A stretch of 63,569 bases of DNA, counting the filler, from Hyphochytrium catenoides (Eukaryota > Protista > Hyphochytriomycota): NCBI GenBank assembly GCA_900088475.1. It is 8 parts of 8 records of this genome, joined end to end, with 100 filler letters (N's around TTAATTAATTAA, not from the genome) between each part and the next. Parts side by side here need not be neighbours in the genome. Positions count along the whole stretch, not along the records: positions 20,334 to 30,415 come from FLMG01003464.1; positions 30,516 to 33,677 come from FLMG01000592.1; positions 33,778 to 39,278 come from FLMG01000837.1; 5 more parts are not named here. The stretch is one strand, 5' to 3'. Under the pieces are notes generated by a model that was not told the origin of the DNA, made no database searches, and saw only the letters and a list, made by a program, of their open reading frames with translations. Positions 25,756 through 36,876 of the stretch are shown piece by piece (within the stretch, counting starts at the first letter, position 1; every line of letters begins with the position of its first letter). A program made the translations under genes and the position numbers.

Positions 25756-28700
25756 TTATTGGTGTATAGAACTAGTTGTATAGAACCCATTGTAGTCCAG
25801 ACGGGTGCATAGGTTTGATAAATGAGAGTGGTACTGCCCAGCATTACGTGCGGTCGACAGACAGTACAATTTCATACGATGACAAGAGCAAAAGTACAGC
25901 GCAGAGTGAGTCAACGAGCCTGTATATCAACGATAGCTAGATCAGTCAGTACCTGCAAGTGAGAGCGGTTGAGCAGCTTTTGCATGAACTCTGCTAGAAG
26001 AGAATCGAATTTCTTCCCCATGTCCTCAATCATTCGGACGAAAGGATTCTCTCCTCCGCCTCCACTTTTCTCTGTTAGAGCTCTTTCAACATCTGAGGAC
26101 AGTTGCTTTGGAGCAATATTAAGTAAGCGTTTTAATAGGCGAAGCGAGAGCCATATGTGTGTACCTTAATCCGAGAGGTTCTCAAATCGGTAACGGAAGA
26201 GGCACGCCGTCGAGAAGCCCTACCATCTGTTCTAGTAGGGTTCTCTAGCTCTGCTGCCTTTGCTATACGCCTTGCGCGAGCTAGCCATACGGAGATGCGA
26301 GGTTAAGTGCAGGAAAAGCTTGTAGCTTTTGTGGACAAACTTGAGTATATTCCGTGCACAACTCACCCTGTTCAGCCTCCTCCTTGACGGACTCATCATC
26401 CAAGGCAAAGGGCCGGGTGAACCTTTCGATTCCCACCGCGAAGTTTAGGCAGACAATCATGAGTTTAGTAAGGACCTATCCACACACGACAGTTAAGTAC
26501 AACATCCTCTTGTGAGCTTAGTATCTTCCTCCAAAGTCTGCTACCAGCTCTGTATTACTTGTCCGTTATGCTTGCTTCCTCTTACCTTCAGAAGTTCCTG
26601 CTCAGTAAGGAGGCATTCTTTAAGGCAGGTGTCTTGGAAATCCTTATGCAGCGCCAGTACTTGATCAACCGTGGTCGCATGCTTTAGCCTAGCCTCAAAA
26701 TCGTGCCAACGGGGTTCAATGACCTAAAATGAAAAGAAGAGCATGGTTAAGTCTTAAGTCGGCTGCAGTACAGCAGCGGGATCAACCTTGCAGCTCATCG
26801 TAGAGGTGCAAACAGGGAGCTGACACCAACACATTAAGACACGGATCAGAAACTAACCTCGAACATCATATAGTATACAAAATTCTGCTGAAAGTGTAAC
26901 ATCCTTTGGCGCAAGCAATAAGAGGAACCTAGGGCAGCTCTTAAGTTCAGCTCCTTAGTTGCCTGCAAAATGTACATCATCGTGGGTAAAGGGGTTGGGG
27001 GCGCCGGAGCAGACTGTGGGCGAAGGCCGGCGCATGAACAAGGTGAAGTTCCTACCTGGTGGTTCATCCACGAGTCGCAGAGTTTCCGTTCTACATGTTT
27101 GCAGAAAAATAAATGGCGAAAGATGAGCTGGTACTTGTGTATGGCTCCAGCGGAGATGACTAAGGAGAGCGGCCAATCCACTCGGTAGTCTAAGGTAAAT
27201 GCATCTATGCCCTGCAAGGAAGTAGGAAGAAATGCTAAGATTGGCAAGTGGAAACGTAAGCCTCGTGGTATCATATAATACTGCCCCTAGCCCCTACACC
27301 CGTCAATCACCCTTTTTTGCCGTCATTCTCTTTCATTTCATCATTTTCCTACTTATTAAGGTCCCTGACCTTGTATCCAGGATCTTTGAAGGCATTTCCT
27401 GCCAAAAATGACACTTCTCCCAGCGCCTCTACCTCCTTGCTATGGATTTGGTCCATCTGGAATATTAGGTTGAATGGTGATATCCGAGCATGGCTACAAG
27501 AACAGAGGGGCATAGCATCGCTTGGGTTAGCAGAAGTACATCTTTCCTTTAAACAGGTAAACCTAAACAAGTAATGGCTATAAGAAGTCGTAAAGATAAT
27601 TAGCAGTATTTCCAAAGTAAACAGGGGACTCGTAGCAAAGATGAAGGAACCGTACAGGAAAACCTTCGTGGCCCTGGCTATCCTAGCTCACCCGTGAAAA
27701 TGACGATAGAGCTAGTGAGACGAAAGACTTACAGGTTATCCTTGAAAGGATCGATAGCACAGGTCGAGGTTTGGAGAGAAAGCTGCAGAAGAGAATCTAG
27801 TCGCTCCGCGGCAAGGTCCCCGGCCCTACGATTAAGCTCCTTTTCTGCAACGTCCATGAAATCCACAAAGAAGTCTCCCTAGAAAAGAGAATACTTCAGT
27901 CATCACCAACATCAATATTCTCTAGATGCTCGTGCCCCTAACTTTCTGAGTCCAAGGGGCACACCCACCTGGTCCATAAGAAAGTAATGTTTGATCGACT
28001 TCAGTCGGGCTAGCAGCTGGTTGTTTTCAAGTAGCAGATCCAGGAGTAACTTGCTGGCAAATCTGGTGATATGGCGATGTAACGGAGCCAAGATCGGGAC
28101 AAGATTATAAGCACGTGAAGTCAAAAAGGAAGTACTTTCTCGACTACCTGTGTGCCGCATCCACTCTTTCCTCATAATGTCTGTCCACAGGTGAGTAGCC
28201 TAGGACTTCCTCATGTGGACAATTGATTGCAATCCCGCATTCCCTCACGACGTTGAGATACTTTCCAGTAGTGAAGATCTTTTCCTTTATATTGGAAAGG
28301 AAGACGGCGACTTGATGTTCCCGAACGCTGTAGCGGTTCGTCCAATACCGGGACCAAGGGTCTTCCTGCATCTCTTCTTTTCGAAGCTGCTTATCTTCCT
28401 GGATCATGAACTCGTCGTAAGGGTCCTGGACCTCTCCTGTATAAAGCCACAGGCCTGAATGGGAAGGTACGACCATTGTACACCCGTTAGTACTAGTAGG
28501 GACATAATTTGCACGAGAAGGACTGAGGAGTGGGGGTTAAGGTGTACGCCTAGCGTCATACCGAGCATTCGGAGGTATGGGATTACTGTCTTCTGCATCA
28601 GAAAGTTGTATATATTCCGACTTCGCTCGTCACCACCGAGGGCCGCGGTTCTAGGACTCATTCGTTTAGTCAATTCCACAGACAACTAGTTTCGTACAGT

Positions 28701-30415
28701 TCTGTCGTCACCTGTGAATAACGTTTAAAAGAGCTCCCCCGGCCACATCTCGCGCTGCGAGCGAAATTGCCTCTAAGATCTGTAGTGTTCGCAACGAGGG
28801 CTGAACAAAGAACCACAGCTTCTGCAAAGAGAGCTGACCGGCACGATATTGGTGTTCCAGCTGTTTGAAGTTGTACGCGCCGCGGCTTAGTACTTGCACC
28901 AATCTCCTTTTGGTACTTGCACCGATCTCACTTTTTGCAAGGGCAACGGATACATCTTTTCCACACTTCTTTGCGTACCTGTGCTATTAAAACCAGATAT
29001 TCTTTTAGGAGACTCTTCAATGCTGCTGTGAGGGCATGCGCTACAAGTCCGTACTCGTGTCTTGATCGCGTTTCAATGTAGTGCTTCACATGTATATAGG
29101 CATTACAAAGAGGCAGTGCACGCTCCACCAGGTAACCTAACGAAGGGTCCATGCTGACAAAGACAAATGTTGGGATGTGGTGGGCCTTATGAAACGCATT
29201 CTGCCACCTCTCGCTCGCTTAGCTTCCTATCTATTTCGTAGGGCCCAAGTGACAGCCTCCAATATGAAGCTCACCTATCACTATCCACCGCAAACTCCGC
29301 TTCAAAGAGTGTATTCGGGTGGCGGCCAGTGGCCGAACCCTTGATTCTTACAAAGCGGCCCTCAATGCCCATTAAGGCGGATAGAAGATCTTCGATGAGA
29401 GTACTTTCCTGGTTGCCAAACAGAGATCAGAGCTGACAAGAAGTTCACGCAATAGCCCGCGCACCTGAAGGCTCAAAGGGTAATCCCTAAGTATCAGCTT
29501 CTTCTCACCACCGCTGAGCTGGAGAGAGCAAGGAGAAATAAGGAAAGCTCCAGAGAGGTAGGGCCGATCTCTGTCCCACAGAGGAGTATAAGGAGTGGAG
29601 CTGAAATAAGCCTGCCAAATCTCAAGACCCCGACCGTCAATTTCAGACACGGAACGGACTCTAACTTCCAATTCCCTGAGCGAATTATTCGAAAAATTTT
29701 ACACATTAGATCGCCGTGAAACAGCTCGGTTAGTAAGTCGATAATTCCTTGTGGCTTAGTAGAAGTCATTACCTGCTCGCATCACCAACCAGAGTGATGA
29801 AGCCACCAGCAGTCGCAGAGTAAAAAGCTAGCCTATCTCCATTCTGGACACACCGAGGTGGCTGTTTTGATCGTGCGCCATGAGAGGTCACTTGTGCGGA
29901 GGGAGCGTCAAGGGACGCGTCAACAAGAGTCCACTTTTCGGCTTGACCTATCACCTGATTCCGGCGAAGAATGAGTTGACCGGTCCCCATATCTACAGCT
30001 AAGTAGCGGCCCTGACGACAGAGAATGCACATTAGCTCATAGCACAGTGTTGCCCTAAGTTTTAATCAACCTGGCCTTGAGTGGACCGTAAGGCCACGAC
30101 ATCCCCAAATTTGACAGGGGACTTGGACGCTTTCTCGGCCGCATGAACCAGCTCAAACGACTCTTCTTCTCCTCGTAGACCATCCCCTTGCGCCGCTGAA
30201 AGGGTAAGACGTAAGTGAGGACCATAGAGGATAACCTTTCATCCTGTGGGTCTTACCAAGCCTCATTACGAGCCGTTGCTTATTCGCTTCAGGCAATCGT
30301 TCATATGATGTCCTCACAACTAAGTACCGCGGATAAGCTCCAGAACGGATTCTGATCGAAGACCCGAAGTGAACTGTAGAAAGGTCGACAACGTGGTTCT
30401 CTTTTAGCAGAGAGC
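25756..30415 (-). CDS. TUBGCP2: Gamma-tubulin complex component 2 (Spc97/GCP2 family) with N-terminal extension; multi-exon, 5' partial
   Basis: QESTLIEDLLSALMGIEG; HEYGLVAHAL; LSLQKLWFFVQP; DPYDEFMI; IFTTGKYLNVVRECG; LKSIKHYFLMDQGDFFVDFMD; DYRVDWPLSLVIS..KYQLIFRHLFFCKHVER; LRQRMLHF; terminal LCTRLDYNGFY followed by TAA ending at 25756. Confidence 0.92.
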
Positions 30416-30515
30416 NNNNNNNNNNNNNNNNNNNNNNNNNNNNNNNNNNNNNNNNNNNNTTAATTAATTAANNNNNNNNNNNNNNNNNNNNNNNNNNNNN
30501 NNNNNNNNNNNNNNN
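30416..30515. other. Artificial contig linker
   Basis: N44-TTAATTAATTAA-N44. Confidence 0.97.
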
Positions 30516-31194
30516 AATAAAAGGGAAAACACAGAAAGGCCAAGGGCCCTCCAGTACCGCGACAGCGGGCCTGCTACTTAGTGTACAGTAGTAGCTTTAG
30601 AGAAATGGGTAAAGAGATACATGGAGACCAGTTTTCATAGAGATCAATGGGAGAGATGGGGGAGCATGCGCATTCTGATCTCTCTCTTCTCTCTCTCTCT
30701 CTCTCTCTCTCTCCCCCCATCTTCTTTCCCTCTCTCTCTCTCTCTTTCTCTCTCTCTTCCTTTCTCTCTCTCTTTCTCTCTCTGTCTCGCCTTACCACCC
30801 CTCTCTCTACCTTTCATTGAACACTTCCTCTTATCCCCCTCCTCTCTCTTTCTGTGTGTGTTTCCCTCACTCTGTTCCTCCTCTATCTCTCTGCTTTCTC
30901 TTTCCGTCTCTCTTTCTCCGTTTCTGTGCCCTCTCTCCTCTGATGAAAGTCTCGCTTGTCTGCTCTGTGTGACGCAGGGACCACCCCGACCGAGAGCTGC
31001 GGCGAACCTTCATCAGCTTGCTTGCTTGCCCCAGAGAGCTACCATTCGCTGCCATCGTCCGTCCCCTTAGATCCTTTACCTCCTGTCCTTCTCTTTCTCA
31101 TTCTCTCTCTCATTCTCTCTTTCTCTCTCTGTGTGTGTGTCTCTCTCTCTCTCTTGTTCACCCGAGCCCCTGCCTCCTTGCTCACCCGATCAGC

Positions 31195-32067
31195 ATGTCA
31201 AAGGAAGAGAAAGGCACCAACTCCGGCGGCAGCGCTGCTCCTCCGTACACCTACACCGCCGAGCCAGTCGCCCAGCCTGGAGCCGCGCCCTATGCCCAAG
31301 CGCAATACGCGCCTTCATACCCACCCGCGCAGTATATGCCGCCGCCTCAGGGTCAACAGCCTGTGTATGTGGCCAACCCAGTGGGCCAGCCCCAGGCTCA
31401 GCAGGTGTATATCGTGCAGCCTGTGCCTGTGCACGGCCTGATGAGGGATGCGCAAGGGAATGCGCTCTGTAAGCGATGTAACGCGCCCTATCCTCTTCCT
31501 CAAGGCGCTGACTCATTTAGGTGAGGGTTAACCCTACTCTTTGTTCTTGCTTANNNNNNNNNNNTCTCTCTCTCTCTCTCTCTCTCTCTCTTCCTTTCGT
31601 TCTCTCTCTCTTTCTTTCTTTCCTCTCTCTCGTCTTTCTTTCTCTCTTTCCGCCCTCTCTCTTTTCATCGCTCACCCAACACCCTTTCCCTTCAAGTTGC
31701 GCGTCCCTCGTTTCTTGTCGCGTTGTCCTGGGATTTTCCCTTCCCTTTCTGTCTCTCTCTTTCTTTCCTACACTGCTCGCCTTACGTGTCGCATCGTCTC
31801 TCTGCTGGCGAGAGCCCATCCCTCAGTTGAAACCTGAACCCTTGCTGCGTTATGGCAGACATACACACACTCTCTCTCTCTCTTTATCTCTTTGTATTAG
31901 TTCTTTCAACCAGACTCCTCTTTCTCCTTCTCTGCTTCTCTCTTCGCTTTATCCCTGTTGACCTTTATCTCTCCGTCTCTTCCTCCTGCGCCAGATGCCG
32001 AGCCTGCGGCTATCTCAACAACGACGCTCCTTATGGAGATGAGATGCCGTGCTGCAACATTCTATAG
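31195..32067 (+). CDS. Small Pro/Gln/Tyr-rich protein with a C4 zinc ribbon and C-terminal CaaX (exons 31195-31520 and 31995-32067)
   Basis: The in-frame splice AG|A gives ...CKRCNAPYPLPQGADSFRCRACGYLN...MPCCNIL*. CxxC..FRCxxC spacing is like an LSD1-type finger. Confidence 0.8.
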
Positions 32068-32617
32068 GTCATGCTGAGGCAGAGAGCGGAGACACTGAGG
32101 AGGAAAGATTGGAAGAAGAGAAGGAGAGAGACCAAGAGACAGGAGAGTTAAAAGTCATGAGGGACTGGAGCTCTTGAAGGGTGTGCTAGACTTTCTCTCT
32201 CCTCTTCCAGGTTATATTATATATTTGTAATAAAGAGGAAGACATTCCCCTTCGGTAGTGGCCAAAGCAAGAGAGAGAGAGAGAGAGAGAGACCCCACTT
32301 TCTCTCTTGAGCTTGAGCTCTTATTAAAACCAACACCTTTCTTCCTCACAGTGGCTCCGGCTCAGCTGCTCTTTTCCTCTCTCTCTCCTCATTGAGGCCT
32401 CTCGTGACATCATGATGGCTGAGAGTTGAGAGTTGTACGCAGACTGGACAATAGATAGCGGAGGAGCGGCTGGACACACGTTCTTTCCCTATCCCTCCGT
32501 TCCTGCAGTGTGCCTCTAGCCTTACTCTATATTCTCTCTCTCTCTCTCCCTCTTTCTCCCTCTCTCTTTTGTCTCTCCTTCAACAGGAGCTGTTATAATT
32601 TTAGGATCATCGCCCAT

Positions 32618-33539
32618 CTAGTATCTTGCTTGGCCCATCTCTCTTGAGTACTCTCTGATCAGCACAGGGACCGCAGTGGTGGGCGTGAGCCCCACCTCCG
32701 TCACCACCAAAGAGACAAAGCTGCTGGGAGTGAGGTCGTAGACCAGGTTCAAGAGCTTCAAGCTGCAGGGGATTGAGAGGAGAGAAGAGAAGGACAAGAG
32801 ACAAAGGGAGAGAAGAAGGCAATTTTTAAAAAAAGAGCGGGAAGAAGCTAAGGATTAAGCAGGAGAAACGAGAGCTGCGGAGCAGAGAGGAGAGAGAGCC
32901 CCCTGCTCATGAAAAGTGGGACGGTCATACAGAGGCTGATTTAAAGACAGAGAAAGAGAGAGTACGTCTAGGGAGACGAACGAGAGGAGAGAGAGAAGCA
33001 GCAAACATTCCCACCTCTGTATATCTCTCCAATCGCCTAAGATTTCTCCAGAGTTCGCTCCTACAGCTACCAGATCATCCGGATCCCCCAGCTCATTATG
33101 GACAATGGAATCTAACTGCACTCTCTCGGTAAACTGTCGCACACCGAGAGAATGGAAGCGTTAGGTCAGCATTCAAACTTTGATATAGAGAGACAGGGAG
33201 ACAGAGAAGGAGTGAGCCGCGGGCCGCCAAGGCAGAAAAGAAGCAGAAAGAGCAGAAAGAACTGATCAAGAGAGCTGTAGACAACTTTCAGAATTATGGA
33301 ACGATCTATGTAAGGAGAACACAAAGGAAGAAGGGAAGAGGCGCGCCGACAGATGGTGGCAAAGGAAGAGAGTTGCCTCTCTCTAATCATTCTGAACATT
33401 GGAGCAGGAGGCAAGTGAGAAACAGGACGAAGAAAGAGAGAGTCCGATAAAGAGCAAGGAAGTCGTCTCTTACCTTGTACGTCTCACAGCAGAAGATAAC
33501 TGGGACATTGTGAGACTTCGCTGCTAGCGCTATGACAGA
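32618..33539 (-). CDS. EIF2B4: Translation initiation factor eIF2B delta subunit, C-terminal exons (5' partial)
   Basis: AKSHNVPVIFCCETYK|FTERVQLDSIVHNELGDPDDL ... LKLLNLVYDLTPSSFVSLVVTEVGLTPTTAVPVLIREY..TAG. Confidence 0.9.
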
Positions 33540-33677
33540 CTAGAGAATCGACGAACTTATCAGACAGAGCCGGCCCCAAAGAAGTAAGAGAGGATATACG
33601 TAGCTTTCAGGGCAAGAAAGAGACAAGCAAGAGCGTGATACGGGGCGGCGAGAAGAGATTGGGAGTGGAGCTTATGT

Positions 33678-33777
33678 NNNNNNNNNNNNNNNNNNNNNNN
33701 NNNNNNNNNNNNNNNNNNNNNTTAATTAATTAANNNNNNNNNNNNNNNNNNNNNNNNNNNNNNNNNNNNNNNNNNNN
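33678..33777. other. Artificial contig linker
   Basis: N44-TTAATTAATTAA-N44. Confidence 0.97.
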
Positions 33778-33959
33778 AGGAGGTCAATGAACTCATGACA
33801 GGGATAATGCTTTATTTTGATGAGAGACGAGAATCTTGAGGAGGAGGAAGAAAGCAGTGGCTGACTTATCGCATACATATATATATATATAGAGAGAGAG
33901 AGAGAGCGAAAGAGAGAGAGAGAAAGAAAGGAAGGAAGAAGCAGCAGTGTGGATAGAAG

Positions 33960-35064
33960 GTGCACGACTATTTTTCGGTGGGTTCCTGCCGTAGCAAGTC
34001 TGAAGGCCAAAGAAGTTGCCAAAGAGGTTCGGCAATTCCCAGACAACCGCGTCAGAAAGGCGAGAGCAAAGACAGGAGAAAAATGGAATGGGAGAGAGCG
34101 AGTAAGGATCGGAGAGAGAAGGATTGGGAGAGAGAGAGAGAGCAAAGACAGGAGAGAAAAGGATTGGAAAAAAGAGCCGGAGGCTAAGTAAAATGAGAGA
34201 GATCGACACAGCAGAGGGAGGAAGGAGCCAAAGATCACAAATGTCTGTATGTATGAGAGAGAGAGAGAGAAGAGAGAAAAAGAGAGAGCGATGTGGCAGC
34301 GCTGACGCCAGGTCATAACGGTCATTATTGAGAGGCAAAGAACTGGACGGAGAGAAAAAGAGAGGAAGTCAGGGCAGGTTAGTTAGCAGCAGTAACGCCA
34401 TCGCGAAGATTGGCGCCAACATTTTGACATGGTTTGGCTTGAAGGAAACCGATGACGCTTCGATGATAGAAGTACGTTTCCATCTCGGTGACAACATCGA
34501 GAGTTCATCTTCTCTTCTCTCTCTCTCTCTCGCTCCCCCTCTTTCTTCTATTCTATTCTGTCTCTCGTTCTCTCTCAATCAATCACTCTGTTCCCCCTCG
34601 AACTCGCTCTCTTTTCGCTCTCTCTCTCTCTGTGTTGGGCATGCTCCTCTTGTGTCTCTTTTCACTCTCTGTCTCTCTCTTTCCTTTTCAGTTCGCTTCT
34701 ATTGTTTTTGTGGCAAGGGAGAGAGCCAAAGTTTTTGAAGAGTGTGCCTGGACACTACTACTTTGATTCTTCATTGGAACACAGGGAAAAAGAGATTAGT
34801 TCTAGAGAGAGGGAGAGAGGGAGAGAGAGAGAGAGAGAGAGAAAGAGGGAGAGGGAGAGAGAGAGAGAGAGAGAGAAAGAGCGAGTTCTAGATGTCTTTG
34901 AAGTCTAGATGTCGCGGGATAGACGGAAAGATGCCCTTCTCGGAGCTACCGAAGCGACAGGTTGGAGCTTGGAAGGAATGGAAGGGACTCGGTGCTTTTC
35001 GATCTTTTGGCCACTTTGATGGCCCCTGCGTCATGGGCTAACATGCAGATAGATGAACTCTCTG

Positions 35065-35095
<31 letters not shown>

Positions 35096-35608
35096 TCTCT
35101 CTCTCTCTCTTCCTCTCTCTCTCTTCCTCTCTCTCGGGGACAGTCTCCCTGGTTTGCACTTTACCGCTTTTCTCTCTCTCTGTCTCCCTTTGTCTTCTTC
35201 CCCTCTCTCTCTCTCTCTTTCCCTCTCTCTATCTTTCTCTCTCTGTCTCTCTCTCTCTCTCTATTCTCTCTCTTCCGTTATCACTCTTCCCCTAATCACC
35301 GAATATTCAAACTGTCCAATCAGATTCTTTCTCTTTGGACGAGAAAATCTTAGGCCGCTTCTGATTTGCTGAGCCAGCCAATCAGCGACGACTAGTCAGT
35401 AATCAAATCTTAGATCCAAAGGTTCGGGACCAAAGTTCTGCTGGTCAAAGAGAGAGAACGAGACAGAGAGGGGAAGAGAAAAAGGGGAAGACAAGGGAGA
35501 AAGAAGAGAGAGAAGAGAGAGAGAGAGACAGAGAGAGAGATGGAGGACGAGAAGAGAGAGAGGAGAATGGAGGGAAGAACATGACGCAAAGAGACGAAAG
35601 GAGGAGTA

Positions 35609-35648
<40 letters not shown>

Positions 35649-36199
35649 AAAACCCTACAGGTCGACTTGTAGAACAGAGATCAAGAACAAGCGAAAGAAC
35701 AGGAAAGTGGTGATGGATGGAGAGAGACGGAGAGAGACTGAGGCACAAGACAGAGAGAAGAGAGAGAACCGGAAGATATTGGCCTCTGTTCTTCTGCAAG
35801 TTTGCCCCGAATAGAAGGGGAGAGAGAGAAGAGGAGAGAGAGAGAAGAGAGAGAGAGAAAAAGACGGGAGATGAGAGTTAGAACAATGGTCAAGAAAGAA
35901 CCATTCTCTCCGAACCCTAGCTATTGAATAAACCCGACAGGACACCAAGGAACCAAATGCAGATGTCAGAATGTAAGGAAAACATCCAAGAGAGAGAGAA
36001 GGAGAGGGAGAGAGAAGAGAAAGAAAGAGAGAAGGAGAGTGTCTGGAGGTGTTCCTACCCGGAGGAGATAAGATGACGAGGGCGGAAAATTTCTTCGTTT
36101 ATCTTTGGTCGTCCGTCCGAATGTCAACTGTTGGTGGAGACATCAAAAGGGAGCGTTCCATCTCTCTCTTTCTCTCTCAGTCCTCTTCCCGTCTCCTTC

Positions 36200-36258
<59 letters not shown>

Positions 36259-36390
36259 TCCCTCTTCCCCTTTCTCTAGAAGACTTAAAAAACTAGGAGA
36301 GTATCATTCGCTTTGGAGCCCCTGAAAGCAGCCAAGAAGTTGTCGAAAGATGTCTTTCTGGAGAAAGAAGCAGACACCGCGAGATCACAC
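33960..36390. other. Unresolved exon-like islands between microsatellite tracts (unidentified gene or genes)
   Basis: Complex-sequence islands at ~33960-34055, 34374-34490, 34908-35050, 36049-36150 and 36280-36390. Strand, frame and product could not be assigned. Confidence 0.3.
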
Positions 36391-36876
36391 CTTGTCTCTC
36401 TCTCTTTCTCTCTCTCTCTCTGTCTCTTCCCCCCACCCCCTCCCTTCCTCTCTCTTCTCTCTCTCTGTCCCTTGCTCCCTCCTTTTCCCCTTGAACTCTT
36501 CTCTTGTGCAAGCAAATGTGTCGTCTTCCGCTGCCTCCTGGTCTCTCGACAATGGATATTCGCTCTACATAAATATAAAGAGAGACGGAGAATTAGGATA
36601 CCGGCGCGATCCTGTCCTTCTTCTTCCCTCTCACTCTCGTTTTGCCCTGAGCCGCGCCCTGATGCTCTTTTGGCGCGCGCTTTGACCAGATTAGAAGACA
36701 GAGAAGAGAGAGAGAGAAAGAAGAGAGAATCATTATCCCGGTGAAAGGGAGGCGAGAAAGGGACAGATATCTGTCCCCTATCCTCTTTTACCCCCGCATA
36801 GTCTTTTCCTTCTCTCTTCTCTCCTCCTCACGCTTTTCAATACTTTAGATCGTAGTGGGAGAGAGAGAGCTGAACA

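Noticed and set aside
20334-30415. Alternative genetic code (stops ending the ORF fragments)
   Set aside because: In the junctions examined, the stops fall inside GT-AG introns; the spliced exons read through with the standard code.
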